A stretch of 64,000 bases of DNA from Candidatus Sericytochromatia bacterium (GCA_050248915.1 JBFWRL010000003.1:54839-118838), one strand, 5' to 3'. Counted from the stretch's first letter, positions 1 to 10,513 are shown. Numbers and translations: made by a program. Notes: generated from the sequence alone by a model not told the origin.

Positions 1-9
1 AATCACCCC

Positions 10-870
10 ATGCAAACCGTGAAAAAACTGACTTTGCTTCTAACAACGCTTGTGCTGTCCGCCTGTAACGCTCAACAACCGGCAACGCCCAATGCCTCAA
101 ATCCTTCAGCAGCCTCCACTTCCGCAGCCTCACCCCCACCTACCAGCAAAAATATTCAAACCCAAACCATCGAATACAAACAGGGCGATCAGGTACTCGA
201 AGGATATTTGGCTTACGACGCCAATCAACAGGGCAAGCGCCCTGGTGTGCTGGTGATTCATGAGTGGACGGGCCTCAACGACTATGTTCGGGGGCGGGCC
301 CGCCAATTGGCTGAACTGGGTTACGTGGCCTTCGCTGCAGATATTTACGGCAAAGGCATACGGCCCCAACCCCCTGCCTCTGGCCAAGAAGCCAGCAAAT
401 ATTACAATGACCGCAATTTGGCCAAGGCTCGTGCCAATGCAGGCTTTGAAGTCTTGCGCAGCCAACCCACGGTCGATAGCAGCAAAACCGCGGCCATGGG
501 CTATTGTTTTGGCGGCAGCATGGCACTCGAATTGGCCCGCAGTGGGGCTGATGCCGATGGGTTTGTGGTCTTTCATGGTGGCCTGCGCCCGACCGAAACG
601 GAAGGCAAAAATATCAAAGGCAAGGTACTTGTGCTCAACGGAGCCGATGACACTGCCGTCCCGGCCACAGATATCGCCAAATTCAAGAGTGAAATGGATG
701 CAGGGGGAGTCAATTGGCAGTTGATCAATTACAGCAATACAGTGCATGCCTTTACCAATCCCGACTCAGGAGAGCGCACCGGCCCCACCGACAACGCAGC
801 TTACAATGCCCAATCTGATCGCCGTTCTTGGGAGGCCATGAAAGACTTCTTTGCAGAGATCTTTCAATAG
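10..870 (+). CDS. dienelactone hydrolase family lipoprotein
   Basis: 286-aa ORF. Lipobox-like signal (LLTTLVLSAC). DLH/alpha-beta hydrolase hallmarks VLVIHEWTGL, nucleophile elbow GYCFGGSMAL and C-terminal NTVHAF histidine. Confidence 0.8.
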   Translation: MQTVKKLTLLLTTLVLSACNAQQPATPNASNPSAASTSAASPPPTSKNIQTQTIEYKQGDQVLEGYLAYDANQQGKRPGVLVIHEWTGLNDYVRGRARQLAELGYVAFAADIYGKGIRPQPPASGQEASKYYNDRNLAKARANAGFEVLRSQPTVDSSKTAAMGYCFGGSMALELARSGADADGFVVFHGGLRPTETEGKNIKGKVLVLNGADDTAVPATDIAKFKSEMDAGGVNWQLINYSNTVHAFTNPDSGERTGPTDNAAYNAQSDRRSWEAMKDFFAEIFQ

Positions 871-909
871 ACCCAGGTTCAACCACAGTCAGCCTCAAAT
901 TGGTGTATT

Positions 910-957
910 CTTTGAGGATGGACATTTGCTGTGAAAGTGAATGTCCATTCCTCAAAG
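910..957 (+). promoter_or_regulatory. imperfect 16-bp inverted repeat (stem-loop) between the DLH gene and trpS
   Basis: ctttgaggatggacat (910-925) pairs with atgtccattcctcaaag (941-957) with one bulged base and a 15-nt loop. No U-tract follows. The right arm contains the ATG at 941 that opens the longest trpS ORF. Confidence 0.5.
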
Positions 958-994
958 TGAAAACACGAAAGGGCGGGCCTCGCGCACAATTCTT

Positions 995-2041
995 ATGAAC
1001 TCAGCTTCCAATACACCCCAAAAACGCATCTTAACCGGTGATCGCCCCACAGGCCGCTTGCACCTGGGGCATTATGCAGGCAGTTTGGTCAATCGGGTCA
1101 AACTCCAAAACGATTACGAAACGTATATCCTGCTCGCAGATGTACAGGCCCTGACCGACAATTACGAGCGGCCCGAGACCCTACAAGCGCACATCCGCGA
1201 AGTGGTGCTCGACTATTTGGCCGTGGGCCTGGATCCCCAGCGTTGCGCTTTTGTGGTGCAGTCATTGGTGCCACAAATCGCCGAACTCACGATTTATTAC
1301 CTCAATTTGGTGACCTTGGCCCGCGTGGAGCGCAACCCCACCGTCAAAACCGAGATCAAACAAAAATTTGGCCACGAAGTGCCGATGGGATTTGTCTGTT
1401 ACCCCGTCTCCCAATGCGCAGATATTACGGCCTTTGGAGCCCATTTGGTGCCGGTGGGTGACGATCAAAGGCCGATGATTGAACTCACCCGCGAAATCGT
1501 CGGGCGCTTTAACCAGTATTATGGCGAGACCTTGGTTTTGCCCGAAGGCCTGTATTCTGAGGTCTCTCGCCTGCCCGGTATCGATGGCCAGGCCAAAATG
1601 AGCAAGAGCCTCAACAACGCCATTTATCTCAGCGATGACGCTGACACCCTCAAGAAAAAGGTCATGTCGATGTACACTGACCCCCAGCGCATTCGTGGCA
1701 CAGAGCCCGGCAATGTCGAGGGCAATCCAGTCTTTACTTATCTCGACGCGTTTCATCCCAATACGACCTTGATCGACGAACTCAAAGAGCGCTACCGCCG
1801 GGGCGGAGCCGACGAAAAAGGCAAGCCGCTGATGGGCGATGTGGTGGTCAAACGCGAATTGATTGACTGTTTAAATAGCTTGCTGGAACCCATCCGCACC
1901 CGCCGCGCCGAGTTTGAAAAAGACGATGCCTATCTCTGGGACGTAATCTCCGATGGCACCCGCCGGGGCCGGGCCCGCGCAGAAGAGGTGATGGAAGCAG
2001 TACGCAGTGCCATGAAGCTGAATTATCCTGTCAAGCTCTGA
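995..2041 (+). CDS. trpS: tryptophan--tRNA ligase
   Basis: Class I aaRS HIGH-type motif (TGRLHLGHY) and KMSKS present, with overall TrpRS layout. The ORF opens at 941, but that ATG lies inside the hairpin arm, so I prefer ATG 995 ([20 protein letters not shown]). Confidence 0.9.
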   Translation: MNSASNTPQKRILTGDRPTGRLHLGHYAGSLVNRVKLQNDYETYILLADVQALTDNYERPETLQAHIREVVLDYLAVGLDPQRCAFVVQSLVPQIAELTIYYLNLVTLARVERNPTVKTEIKQKFGHEVPMGFVCYPVSQCADITAFGAHLVPVGDDQRPMIELTREIVGRFNQYYGETLVLPEGLYSEVSRLPGIDGQAKMSKSLNNAIYLSDDADTLKKKVMSMYTDPQRIRGTEPGNVEGNPVFTYLDAFHPNTTLIDELKERYRRGGADEKGKPLMGDVVVKRELIDCLNSLLEPIRTRRAEFEKDDAYLWDVISDGTRRGRARAEEVMEAVRSAMKLNYPVKL

Positions 2042-2052
2042 GTTTCATTCAC

Positions 2053-2478
2053 TTAGATGGGGATGTCGACAATGCCGATCAAGGGATTTTTGGCATGGAC
2101 ATCGTCGTAAAGCACTTCATATTTTCCCGGAGTGGGTTTGGGTAAAACCACCACCAAAGCTGGCAAAGGGGAGGTGGGGCAGAGGCCCTTTTGCAGCCGA
2201 ATCAAGATGCGTTGACCTGAGATCTGACCCAGTGGATCTGAAAAACAGAGGGCGGAGTCAAAAGTTGGCTGCACCGCCAAAGGAATGCGAATTTCGCTGG
2301 GCAAAATTTGAACGGCTTGCATTTTGAGCCCTGAAGATTTGGTCGTGAGATACTCCCAGGAAACAGGTTCCTTGCTGGCCCAGACCATCAGGGAGGCGCA
2401 AGCTGTTTGAGTGAGAAACAAGCAGGTGCAAAGCCATGGCCTTGTCAAAATTTTCAAGTGAGGGAAGGGATTTAACAC
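2053..2478 (-). CDS. hypothetical protein (possible secreted protein)
   Basis: 141-aa ORF starting 1 nt after the stop of the upstream hydrolase gene on the same strand. Hydrophobic Cys-containing N-terminus. No recognisable motif. Confidence 0.5.
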   Translation of the reverse strand: MLNPFPHLKILTRPWLCTCLFLTQTACASLMVWASKEPVSWEYLTTKSSGLKMQAVQILPSEIRIPLAVQPTFDSALCFSDPLGQISGQRILIRLQKGLCPTSPLPALVVVLPKPTPGKYEVLYDDVHAKNPLIGIVDIPI

Positions 2479-2479
2479 C

Positions 2480-3328
2480 TCATTTCCCCACCAACCAAGC
2501 CCAGTTCATCACCCCCTGGGCAAAAGCGCTGAGATTGCGCTCAGTGGCGACCTCATCGAATCTATCTGCACTGAGAGCGATGCCCAAGCTGTGCCCGCCA
2601 CCCCAGACCTGCAATTGGTTGAAGGGGACCCCGTTTTGCAGGGCCGCGTAAAGATAAGGCAGATGGCAGAGGCTGTCGTCATTGCCCAGCGAAACCAACA
2701 GTGGGCGCATCAACTGGGCCAAACCCGGATAGTGTTGAGCCAGCATATTCTTGGGCGGATTGAGCAATTGTCCTTTTTCGTCTTCGTTATACGAACAGAC
2801 AGGGGTCAGCAGCGCCAACCCTTTGAGCTCGGGATGGCTTTGAAAAACGCCATAACTCACCAGCGAGCCCAGGGATTTGCCCGCCAAAAGCACAGGGTTT
2901 TTGACCCCAGTCTGTTGGAGCCAGTTTAAAGCCGTCTCGACGTCTGCTTTTTCGCTTGTGAGTTCGGGACTGGGTTTGCGCATGTCTTTCGCCAAGCTGC
3001 AATAGCTCCATTCCAGACGCAAAAGGCCGACTCCCTGATGGAGGGCTGCTTGAGCCAAAGCTTCAAAGAGCGGTCGGCGGGCATTGCAACTCTGACCCGG
3101 TGCCAGCACAAGCACGGGGGCTTGGGGTGATTTTGGGGCCTGCCAGAAGATTTCCATTTGGCTCTTGCGGGGCGTTTTGAGACTTTGCCAAGATGCATGG
3201 GCTTGGGCTCTGGCGGGAGGTGTTTCGCCAACTGGCTTAGGGTCTGCAAAAGCGCTGCTGCTAAAGAAGAGGAGGGTGATGTGTAGGCCTAAACACAATT
3301 GCAAGCTTTTGAATGGGGGCTGAAACAT
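2480..3328 (-). CDS. alpha/beta hydrolase (dienelactone hydrolase-like), secreted
   Basis: GxSxG nucleophile elbow (LAGKSLGSLV) and C-terminal GGGHSLG histidine. Signal peptide follows Met16 (MFQPPFKSLQLCLGLHITLLFFSSSAFA), so start 3328 is preferred over 3373. Confidence 0.7.
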   Translation of the reverse strand: MFQPPFKSLQLCLGLHITLLFFSSSAFADPKPVGETPPARAQAHASWQSLKTPRKSQMEIFWQAPKSPQAPVLVLAPGQSCNARRPLFEALAQAALHQGVGLLRLEWSYCSLAKDMRKPSPELTSEKADVETALNWLQQTGVKNPVLLAGKSLGSLVSYGVFQSHPELKGLALLTPVCSYNEDEKGQLLNPPKNMLAQHYPGLAQLMRPLLVSLGNDDSLCHLPYLYAALQNGVPFNQLQVWGGGHSLGIALSADRFDEVATERNLSAFAQGVMNWAWLVGK

Positions 3329-3390
3329 GGAACGCTCCTGCTGAAAATGTTCAAAAGAGAAATTATGACACAAAAAGGGGGAAAAGAAAA

Positions 3391-4350
3391 TTAAGCCAGT
3401 GGGATTTGATTGGGGGCCGGTTGCCCCGCCAACACAGCTTGGATATTTTGCAGGCAGGTCAGGGCCATGGCCCGGCGGGTGGCCACAGTAGCGGAGCCCA
3501 AATGAGGCAAAAGCAAGGTATTTGGGCTGGTTAGCAAAGCAGGATGAACAACGGGTTCTTTTTCGTAGACATCCAGGGCTGCACCGCCCAAATGGCCCGA
3601 TTGCAGGGCTGCAGCCAAAGCAACTTCGTCGATGCTCGTGCCGCGACCAGTGTTGATCAAAATGGCCCCTTTCGGCAACATTGCCAGCGTCTCGGCATTG
3701 ATCCGGTGAAAGGTGTCTGTGCCTCCAGGCAGGTGCAGCGAAAGCACCTCACTCCAGCTTAAAAGGGACTCAAAATCCATCTCTTGGGCCTGGGTTTGGC
3801 TTTCAAAAGCGGGTTTGGGACTGCGAGAACAATAGGCCACCTCTGCCCCCAGCAAATAGACAAGCTGGCCCAAGGCCTGACCAATGCGCCCGGCTCCCAA
3901 AATGCCGACTTTTTTACCGGCCAAAGAACTGCCCAATAATTGGGTGGGCTCCCAGCCTTGCCAAAGGCCTGAGCGCAGCAAGGCCTCGCCTTCTGAAACC
4001 CGGCGCAGCAGATTTAAGATCAGCGTCAGGGCAAATTCTGCTGTGGCCTGGGTTAAGACACCGGGGGTATTGCTCACAACCAGACCCTGTTGCATTGCTG
4101 CTTTCAGGTCGATATTGTCATACCCCACGGCATGGTTGGCGATGATTTTGAGCGGGCCCCCTTGGGCTGAGGCCAAAACCTCAGCACTCAGGCGATCGGT
4201 CAACATCGATACCAAAGCATCCGATTGGGCCAGGGCCCGCTTCAACTCCGTCGGGCTGGGTTGAACCAGGATTTGGAGTTCCCAGCCCGTCGCTTTGAAC
4301 TGCTCCCAGGCCCCCGCTTCGAGGACCTGGGTCACACAGACACGGAACAA
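3391..4350 (-). CDS. D-2-hydroxyacid dehydrogenase (glyoxylate/hydroxypyruvate reductase-like)
   Basis: NAD-binding GILGAGRIGQALG. Catalytic Arg (INTGRG), Glu (DVYEKEP) and His (LPHLGSAT), as in D-isomer-specific 2-hydroxyacid dehydrogenases. Confidence 0.85.
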   Translation of the reverse strand: MFRVCVTQVLEAGAWEQFKATGWELQILVQPSPTELKRALAQSDALVSMLTDRLSAEVLASAQGGPLKIIANHAVGYDNIDLKAAMQQGLVVSNTPGVLTQATAEFALTLILNLLRRVSEGEALLRSGLWQGWEPTQLLGSSLAGKKVGILGAGRIGQALGQLVYLLGAEVAYCSRSPKPAFESQTQAQEMDFESLLSWSEVLSLHLPGGTDTFHRINAETLAMLPKGAILINTGRGTSIDEVALAAALQSGHLGGAALDVYEKEPVVHPALLTSPNTLLLPHLGSATVATRRAMALTCLQNIQAVLAGQPAPNQIPLA

Positions 4351-4363
4351 AGCCGTCAGAGAC

Positions 4364-5149
4364 CTAACGGGTCAATTCGATAGTTTTGGTGCCCTCTTTG
4401 ACCTCAAAAACCACATCTTCCCAGACCACACTGCTGCTCTGGCCATAGCTGTATTTGCCACTGAAATACCATTTGCCACTTTGCAGACGCACTGTGGCCT
4501 CGCCATTTTTATCGGTGGTGAAATTTAAGCTGGAGCGGCCATTGCTCAAACGGGCCAGGTCTTCGCTCAGGCCTTTGTAAGCACGGGCTTCCCATTCGGG
4601 CAGAACGGTATTGCGGTAATTATTTAAATCCTGTTGGAAAGCGGCACTGTCAACGCGGGTTTGGGTCGTACAGCCACTGCTGCTGCAGACCTTTTCTTCG
4701 AGCTGGTATTTGGCATCACTTTCACGCGGAGTAACAGGCATGGCTTCGACATTGTTTTTGATCGCCAAACTGGCTTTGACTTCGCCCAGGGGATAGGGAT
4801 TGACCGTGAAGGCACTTTCGACCACGGGCAGCACTTCGCGGGCCGAAGTAATCACCCGCGCTTTAAACTGCAGCACCATTTCAGGGCCGGGAGAGGCTGC
4901 GGGAGAACCGCTAAAAACGGGGGTGGGAGTGGGCAAAGGGGTGGCCGAAGGCTGGGGGGTGCCCGAGGGGAAAGGGGTGGTGGCGGGTTCTGGAGTCGGT
5001 GTGGGAACCGGGGTGGCCTCTGGGCTGGGCAAAGGAGTGGCAGTGACGCTGGGGGAAGGGCTGGGTTTGGCCTGGGTGGCGGGAGTACTGCTGCAGCTGC
5101 TGTTAAGCGCCAACAAAGCAAATAAAAACAAGGGGGTAAATTTCTTCAT
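4364..5149 (-). CDS. lipoprotein with Pro/Thr/Ser-rich linker, function unknown
   Basis: Lipobox after Met28 (MKKFTPLFLFALLALNSSCSS). About 70 aa of low-complexity P/T/S linker, then a beta-rich C-terminal domain. The ORF opens at 5230, but 5149 gives the signal peptide. Confidence 0.65.
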   Translation of the reverse strand: MKKFTPLFLFALLALNSSCSSTPATQAKPSPSPSVTATPLPSPEATPVPTPTPEPATTPFPSGTPQPSATPLPTPTPVFSGSPAASPGPEMVLQFKARVITSAREVLPVVESAFTVNPYPLGEVKASLAIKNNVEAMPVTPRESDAKYQLEEKVCSSSGCTTQTRVDSAAFQQDLNNYRNTVLPEWEARAYKGLSEDLARLSNGRSSLNFTTDKNGEATVRLQSGKWYFSGKYSYGQSSSVVWEDVVFEVKEGTKTIELTR

Positions 5150-5298
5150 GGTGGGGATCTCCTGATGTCGCTTTGAAATAGAATCGGGTCTCAGATCTGG
5201 CTTGAAGCCAGATTTTGGCATCTTGATCATACCAAGTGGTGAGATTTATTCAGTGACAGAGATCCCATTTGGGTTTGGACGGCACTGGACCTTTGGCT

Positions 5299-6816
5299 TT
5301 AGACAACGCCGCGCTCTTGGTTTTCCGTTTCCCGCATAAAGGCCTGAAACCATTCCACCACATGCCACATGGCGACCAGATCGGCATGGTTATAGTCGAG
5401 CAATTCCTGCTGCAGGCGCAATTGTTTGCTGCGGTTGCGGGTAGAGGTCGATTTGAGGTAACTCACCACCGACCAATAGCCGCCGGTCTCTTTGTCGGGG
5501 CGGTCGAAACCGACATATTGCTCAATCACCTTGAGACTGTAACTGGGCAGGGGGATCAAAACCGACGCTTTGAGCAGGGCCCAAAAATCCAAGAGGTTCT
5601 TATTGACCCGCCGGGCGATGCCCTGGGGATCCCCGTAGCGCTGGGAATAGAGTTTGAGGGATTGCACTTCAAAGCTACCCCAGTGAATAAACGGGATGTC
5701 GCCATGGGTTTCAAAGATTTTTCCGGCTTTGGCCAAAAATTCCATCCAGGCCGTTTGGTCCGCTTTGCGGGAGAGGTGTGGAGCCAGGGTCTGTAGGTTT
5801 TCTTCGCCGTCGGGGCCCATTAGGCTGAGGCCCCACAGATAGACCCGCTCAGAATGCCCAGGTTGGGCCGGCACCCCTTCGAGGTCAAACATGGCCCAAT
5901 AGGCCGTTTTGGGCAGGTCTGGATCTTGCAAGAGTTGGGGGCGGCCCGTGAGCACCACTTCGGCCATTTGGCGCATATTGTGGGCTTTTTCAGCTCCAAT
6001 TTTGCGCGGGTTTTGGCCTTCATGCCAAATAAATTCAGCCAATCGCTCTTCGGGAAAGAGCCTTAAAAAGTCGTTCACGGTTTTGGCTCCCGCCTCTCGC
6101 AGAGCGAGAATCAGGCGGGCTTCGAGCATCGGCACCAATGCGATATCTTGAATTTCTTCGGCTTTGTCCCAGCAATACTCGCGAAAGGCACAACTCTGAC
6201 ATTTGGTCCAACTGATCGGGCTGTAAGGCAATTCTGGCGAAGATTTGAGTGCCAAAAATTGCTGCACTTGGCTTTCAATCCAGTAGGGGTCGGCGTGTTT
6301 GATTTCGAGCAGACGGCCTGAATTATTGTAAATTTCGAGGTGGGGCGGGGCCTCGCCAAAAATTTGCGCATAAAGCCAACCCTGGTATTGGGCCATGAGG
6401 ATCAAATCCGCATGGTTTTCGCGGTTGATTTTGCGGGCATTGCGGCAGAGCCGCAGACAATAACCGTCGTCGTCCCAGACCAGAAAATCCGGTTCCAACA
6501 TCAACTCAAAGTCTTGCCCCTGCCAGAGATAGGTATAACTAAACAGCGGTTTGTATAAAACCGGTTTTTTTTCCATCCAGGCCTTCATGCTGTCCCGCAG
6601 ACGTGACACATCCGGGCCCTTGCTGAGATCTTTAAAATCTTGCAAGCCCTTGAGAAAATGGCGCTCCAATTGCTGATCGGCTTCTTTGAGATGGCTCAGA
6701 TGCGCAGTTTGAAACTGCTCAGGGGGAAATTCCATCAGGTATAAGCGGCGTTCGCAGCGGGAGGGCTTATAAAAGTGAAAAATATCGCTGCTTTTGAGTT
6801 GAATAATTGGCATCAA
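5299..6816 (-). CDS. TM0106 family RecB-like putative nuclease
   Basis: N-terminal Cas4/AddB-like PD-(D/E)XK region with Cys cluster (C at PSRCERR plus CQSCAFREYC = CX2CX5C). C-terminal RNase H-like/DnaQ-like region (AMFDLEGVP, VYLWGL). Confidence 0.7.
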   Translation of the reverse strand: MMPIIQLKSSDIFHFYKPSRCERRLYLMEFPPEQFQTAHLSHLKEADQQLERHFLKGLQDFKDLSKGPDVSRLRDSMKAWMEKKPVLYKPLFSYTYLWQGQDFELMLEPDFLVWDDDGYCLRLCRNARKINRENHADLILMAQYQGWLYAQIFGEAPPHLEIYNNSGRLLEIKHADPYWIESQVQQFLALKSSPELPYSPISWTKCQSCAFREYCWDKAEEIQDIALVPMLEARLILALREAGAKTVNDFLRLFPEERLAEFIWHEGQNPRKIGAEKAHNMRQMAEVVLTGRPQLLQDPDLPKTAYWAMFDLEGVPAQPGHSERVYLWGLSLMGPDGEENLQTLAPHLSRKADQTAWMEFLAKAGKIFETHGDIPFIHWGSFEVQSLKLYSQRYGDPQGIARRVNKNLLDFWALLKASVLIPLPSYSLKVIEQYVGFDRPDKETGGYWSVVSYLKSTSTRNRSKQLRLQQELLDYNHADLVAMWHVVEWFQAFMRETENQERGVV

Positions 6817-6881
6817 ACAGCATGATACGGGTTTATACCTGTGGGTTGCAAGCGGATAGCCCCTTGCAGAGCAGCCAATTC

Positions 6882-8750
6882 CTATGGGTTGGATTTTTCC
6901 ACTGAAGCTTTATCTAAGGCTTCCAACTCTTTGACGAGCTTGGCAAAGTCAACTTTATCCAGGGCTGCATTGAGATGTAAATGGCCCGAACTGCCTTTTT
7001 GATTGACACTGCCATCTCCGGCCAACGATTGCAGCGACGCAAAGAGCGGCTTGAAGGTGGGGTACCATTCTTCGGCATGCAAAAAGTGATCTGCCAATCG
7101 GGCCCACCGGGTCAAATCGCTGTAAAGCAGATTGAGTTCACTCTGGGCGCTCATGCGCTGGCGGGCCTGCACAAAAGCGGGATCTGCTTTAAGCGCCAGA
7201 CGATTGCTTTTGGCATAGTCCAACGTGGCGCGCATGGCCATGTGGTTGCTCGCCACCAGAAAAAAATCTTGGTAAAGGGCAAAACAGGGAGAGAGTTCCA
7301 TTTGTGTCTCATCTGCCAGGGGTTTTAAAAATTGGTTATCTGTGAAGGTGTAAATGGGCACGTTGAGATAGGTTTCAAGGGGCTCTGGGGACAGGGTGAT
7401 CGGTTTTTCGGTTTTGGCTTCAGCGGAATTTCCCTGAGGGGCCATAATTTTGAGTTTGTTTTGCAAATTGAGCCAAAATTCAGGGCCGTTTTTGACCCCC
7501 AGCATGACCACGGTAGAGGGCATATTTTTGTAGGTGGGAAAGTTTTCGGGATAAAAGATGCTGATGCCAATCCGGCCATCGCTGTGGGCCAATACATCCT
7601 TTTTCAGGTCCAGACCTGAAATCTCTTTGGTGCCAGCCATGATTTCCAGCATGGCTTGGGCCATTTCATTTTTTTCTGAATCGCTGACTTTGTCACCCGA
7701 GAGGATGGGGTTTTCGATCGCCAAAGTCAGGGTATTGGTCATGGCCGAAAACAGAGGCCGTGCAGGCATCAACGAGAACAACGGTTCAAGCGTGGGCAAA
7801 GGAGAGGTCAATTTGTTCAAAAAGCCCTGCTGAGTGCCACTGAGCCCTGAAGTTTGAAAACTCAGGGTATTTTTAAAGGCCACACCCTGTTCATTTAAAC
7901 GCATGCTCACACCCAGGCTTTTGTTCATGGCCATGGCGGTTTGGGTAAAACCCATGGAAGCCAGATCGCGTTGCAGAGATTGGATTTCAGAATTGCTTTG
8001 CTTGCTTTTGATGGCTTTTAAATCCATCCAAAAGACCACCGGGTCCTGTTTCAGGCTCTGATAGACATTGGCAAAATCCGGATTGTCATTCAGGCTTTTG
8101 CCACTTTGCTGGGCATCTACCGCCTGTTTGAGCAAAGCCACCTGATTGGAGATCAGCAGGGTCTGTCCCTGCAAAGTGAGGGCCGATTCAATTTTTGCAG
8201 GATCGGCATCTGATTCCATCAGGATCAACTCTTGGCCTTGGTAGGTTTCGAGCTGAATATTGGGCAGATCTGCTTTGAGCTTTTGCTGGGTTTTGGCTTT
8301 GAGTTTTTGCACGACTTTTTGGTAGATATCCGCAGATTTGAGTTCCAAGGCAAAAACCATATCCATCTCAGACTCAGCATCTACAGGGGTATACATGCCC
8401 ACAGCCAGATGGCTGCCCAAAGCGGCAAAAACCTCAGAGACTTCGAGGCCCAATTCAGTTTTCAGGCCCTCTTTCATTTCATTCCACTCATCCATCGTTA
8501 ACCAGTCTTTTAACCCAGGTTGATTGAGCAAAAAGGTCCAAGCGGCGGGTTGAATATCTATGACTGTGGCACTTAAGGCCTCAGCGGGCAGGGGTTTGAG
8601 CACGTTTTCAACCGCCGCTTGTGCGGGCCAACTCAGACCCGTGAGCAATGCCACTGTGGCCAAAGCACCCAGGGTGATTTTGCGGGTCTGTGCAAAAGAG
8701 ATCCGATGAAGAGTGTTGAATCGTGACATCAAAAAATCCTGCTTTCTCAA
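6882..8750 (-). CDS. secreted hypothetical protein (possibly DUF3352-like)
   Basis: 622-aa ORF with signal peptide (LGALATVALLTGLSWPAQA). No catalytic motif recognised. The DUF3352 assignment is a recollection of size and architecture only. Confidence 0.55.
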   Translation of the reverse strand: MRKQDFLMSRFNTLHRISFAQTRKITLGALATVALLTGLSWPAQAAVENVLKPLPAEALSATVIDIQPAAWTFLLNQPGLKDWLTMDEWNEMKEGLKTELGLEVSEVFAALGSHLAVGMYTPVDAESEMDMVFALELKSADIYQKVVQKLKAKTQQKLKADLPNIQLETYQGQELILMESDADPAKIESALTLQGQTLLISNQVALLKQAVDAQQSGKSLNDNPDFANVYQSLKQDPVVFWMDLKAIKSKQSNSEIQSLQRDLASMGFTQTAMAMNKSLGVSMRLNEQGVAFKNTLSFQTSGLSGTQQGFLNKLTSPLPTLEPLFSLMPARPLFSAMTNTLTLAIENPILSGDKVSDSEKNEMAQAMLEIMAGTKEISGLDLKKDVLAHSDGRIGISIFYPENFPTYKNMPSTVVMLGVKNGPEFWLNLQNKLKIMAPQGNSAEAKTEKPITLSPEPLETYLNVPIYTFTDNQFLKPLADETQMELSPCFALYQDFFLVASNHMAMRATLDYAKSNRLALKADPAFVQARQRMSAQSELNLLYSDLTRWARLADHFLHAEEWYPTFKPLFASLQSLAGDGSVNQKGSSGHLHLNAALDKVDFAKLVKELEALDKASVEKSNP

Positions 8751-8800
8751 TTAAACCTAAATCAGTATAAGGGGGGAATGCCTTGCTTTCAAATCAGATC

Positions 8801-10513
8801 TTATTCATCAAAGGGGGGATTTAGGAGTACTTGGCATCCCCACTCTCTTTCGATAGCCAACGCGCGGAAATCATGGCCGGGTTTGACAGGAATGTGACTC
8901 ATGGCCCGTTCCGTTAAACTGGTGATAGTCAAACTGGGGTTCACCCCCAAATTGACGGGGATCATCGAGCCATCACAGACGATCATATTGGTATAGCCAA
9001 AGACTCGGTTTTGCAAGTCGATGACTCCCTCTTCAGGGCTGCGCCCAATCGCACAACCCCCCAAAATATGGGCCGTGGTGGGAATATCCAAAAGCACCTC
9101 GTTGAGGGTATTGCCGGGAATACCGCCCATTTTTTCGGCCAGTTTTTTGCCAAATTGATTGGCCAAAGGGATGTAAGAGGGGGCCTTTTGGCCCTGTTCA
9201 GGAGCCGACGTCAAATGAGCCCCAAAGGGCCATTTCCAGCGAGATTTGAGCCCAACCTGGAGTGAATTATCGAGGGTCTGCATAAACAGCAAAATGATGC
9301 TGCGTTTGGCAAAGCCAAAAGGGGTCACCACCTTCAAAAAATCACCCGGGTGTTTGAAAATATTGCCCAAAAAGCGCAGGGGACGGGGCCATTTGCCCCC
9401 TCCGTCGGTCATCAGGGTCGCAAGTAACCCCATGGCATCTGAGCCTGCGGGATAACGCACGGGTTCGATATGGCTATCGGCGTCTGGGTAAACACTCGAA
9501 GTGATCGCAATACCTTGGGAGAGATCGATCTGGGGGTCGCGGCTGGTCACCCCGAGAATCACCTCACTGTTGGTGCGCACGGTTTTGCCCAACATGGCTG
9601 AGAGCCGGGGCAGATGGCCCGTTTTTTTCATTTTAAGCAATAATTTTAAACTGCCCAAGACCCCAGCCGAAAAAACCAGGCCCTGGCAGCGCAAAATTTT
9701 GCGGGGTGAACCCAAGGGGTGGGTGCTGCAAACAGTACGCACACTATATCCTAAGCTGCCATCGCCAGAATGGGGAATGATCTCCTCCACCCGTGTTTCG
9801 GGCAATATATTCGCCCCCAATTGCTCGGCAAAATAGAGGTAGTTTTTGACCAAGGTGTTTTTGGCTCCGACCCGGCAGCCTATCATACAGCCACCACAAT
9901 GGGTACAGCCCGTACGTGCGGGGCCTTCTCCGCCAAAATAGGGGTCTTGAACCAGGGCTTGCTTTTCGCCAAAGAAGACCCCCACCGGGGTGGGTTGAAA
10001 TGTATCTTGGGCCTGAAACTCTGCTGCTGTTTGGCGCAAATAGTCATCCGCGGGCCAGAATTGCGGATTGGGTGTGACGCCCAGCATTTTTTTCGCCAAT
10101 TCATAAAAGGGCAACAAACGCGCCTTGCCACCGAGGGCCTGGATCAGCGGCTGTTCAAAGAACGAATCCGGGGGAATATACAGGGTATTGGCATACACCA
10201 AGCTGCCGCCGCCGACCCCCGCTCCACTCAAAATCAGAACATCTTTGAGTAAATTTAAGCGCTGAATGCCAAAAAATCTGAATTTTGGCATCCACAAAAA
10301 TTTGTCCAATTGCCAATTGGTTTTGGGAAAATCATGATCAGCCCAGCGTTTGCCACTTTCGAGCACGGCCACTGTATAGCCTTTTTGCGCCAGCCTGAGA
10401 GCAGAGACGCTGCCCCCAAAGCCAGAGCCAATCACAATATAATCATAGTCAAAGTCCTGGTCCACGTCTTGCCCTCCTCCTTTGCCCTTCTCTCTCATTC
10501 TATCAATTGGCAC
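8801..10513 (-). CDS. GMC family oxidoreductase (FAD-dependent)
   Basis: N-terminal FAD-binding fold [31 protein letters not shown]. Length and C-terminal region typical of cholesterol/choline oxidase-like GMC enzymes. Confidence 0.85.
   Translation of the reverse strand: MPIDRMREKGKGGGQDVDQDFDYDYIVIGSGFGGSVSALRLAQKGYTVAVLESGKRWADHDFPKTNWQLDKFLWMPKFRFFGIQRLNLLKDVLILSGAGVGGGSLVYANTLYIPPDSFFEQPLIQALGGKARLLPFYELAKKMLGVTPNPQFWPADDYLRQTAAEFQAQDTFQPTPVGVFFGEKQALVQDPYFGGEGPARTGCTHCGGCMIGCRVGAKNTLVKNYLYFAEQLGANILPETRVEEIIPHSGDGSLGYSVRTVCSTHPLGSPRKILRCQGLVFSAGVLGSLKLLLKMKKTGHLPRLSAMLGKTVRTNSEVILGVTSRDPQIDLSQGIAITSSVYPDADSHIEPVRYPAGSDAMGLLATLMTDGGGKWPRPLRFLGNIFKHPGDFLKVVTPFGFAKRSIILLFMQTLDNSLQVGLKSRWKWPFGAHLTSAPEQGQKAPSYIPLANQFGKKLAEKMGGIPGNTLNEVLLDIPTTAHILGGCAIGRSPEEGVIDLQNRVFGYTNMIVCDGSMIPVNLGVNPSLTITSLTERAMSHIPVKPGHDFRALAIEREWGCQVLLNPPFDE

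Noticed and set aside
130-747. 205-aa minus-strand ORF and the 154-aa alternative-frame ORF (260-724) inside the dienelactone hydrolase gene
   Set aside because: Both are fully embedded in a gene with clear family motifs. Their Arg/Gly/Ala-rich composition is typical of shadow ORFs in GC-rich DNA, and they have no start context.
871-994. Possible T-box or trp leader-peptide attenuator upstream of trpS
   Set aside because: There is no T-box consensus (AANNNGGGTGGTACCGCG-like) and no specifier-loop architecture. The 26-codon uORF has no Trp codons, and its ATG is directly abutted by the only SD-like sequence.
4634-5165. Cluster of overlapping ORFs (4634-5125 +, 4800-5165 +, 4852-5121 -) with Gly/Arg or Pro-rich translations
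   Set aside because: They are artefacts of the Pro/Thr/Ser-rich low-complexity linker of the lipoprotein gene, which stays open in several frames. Only the minus-strand frame has a lipobox and a structured domain.
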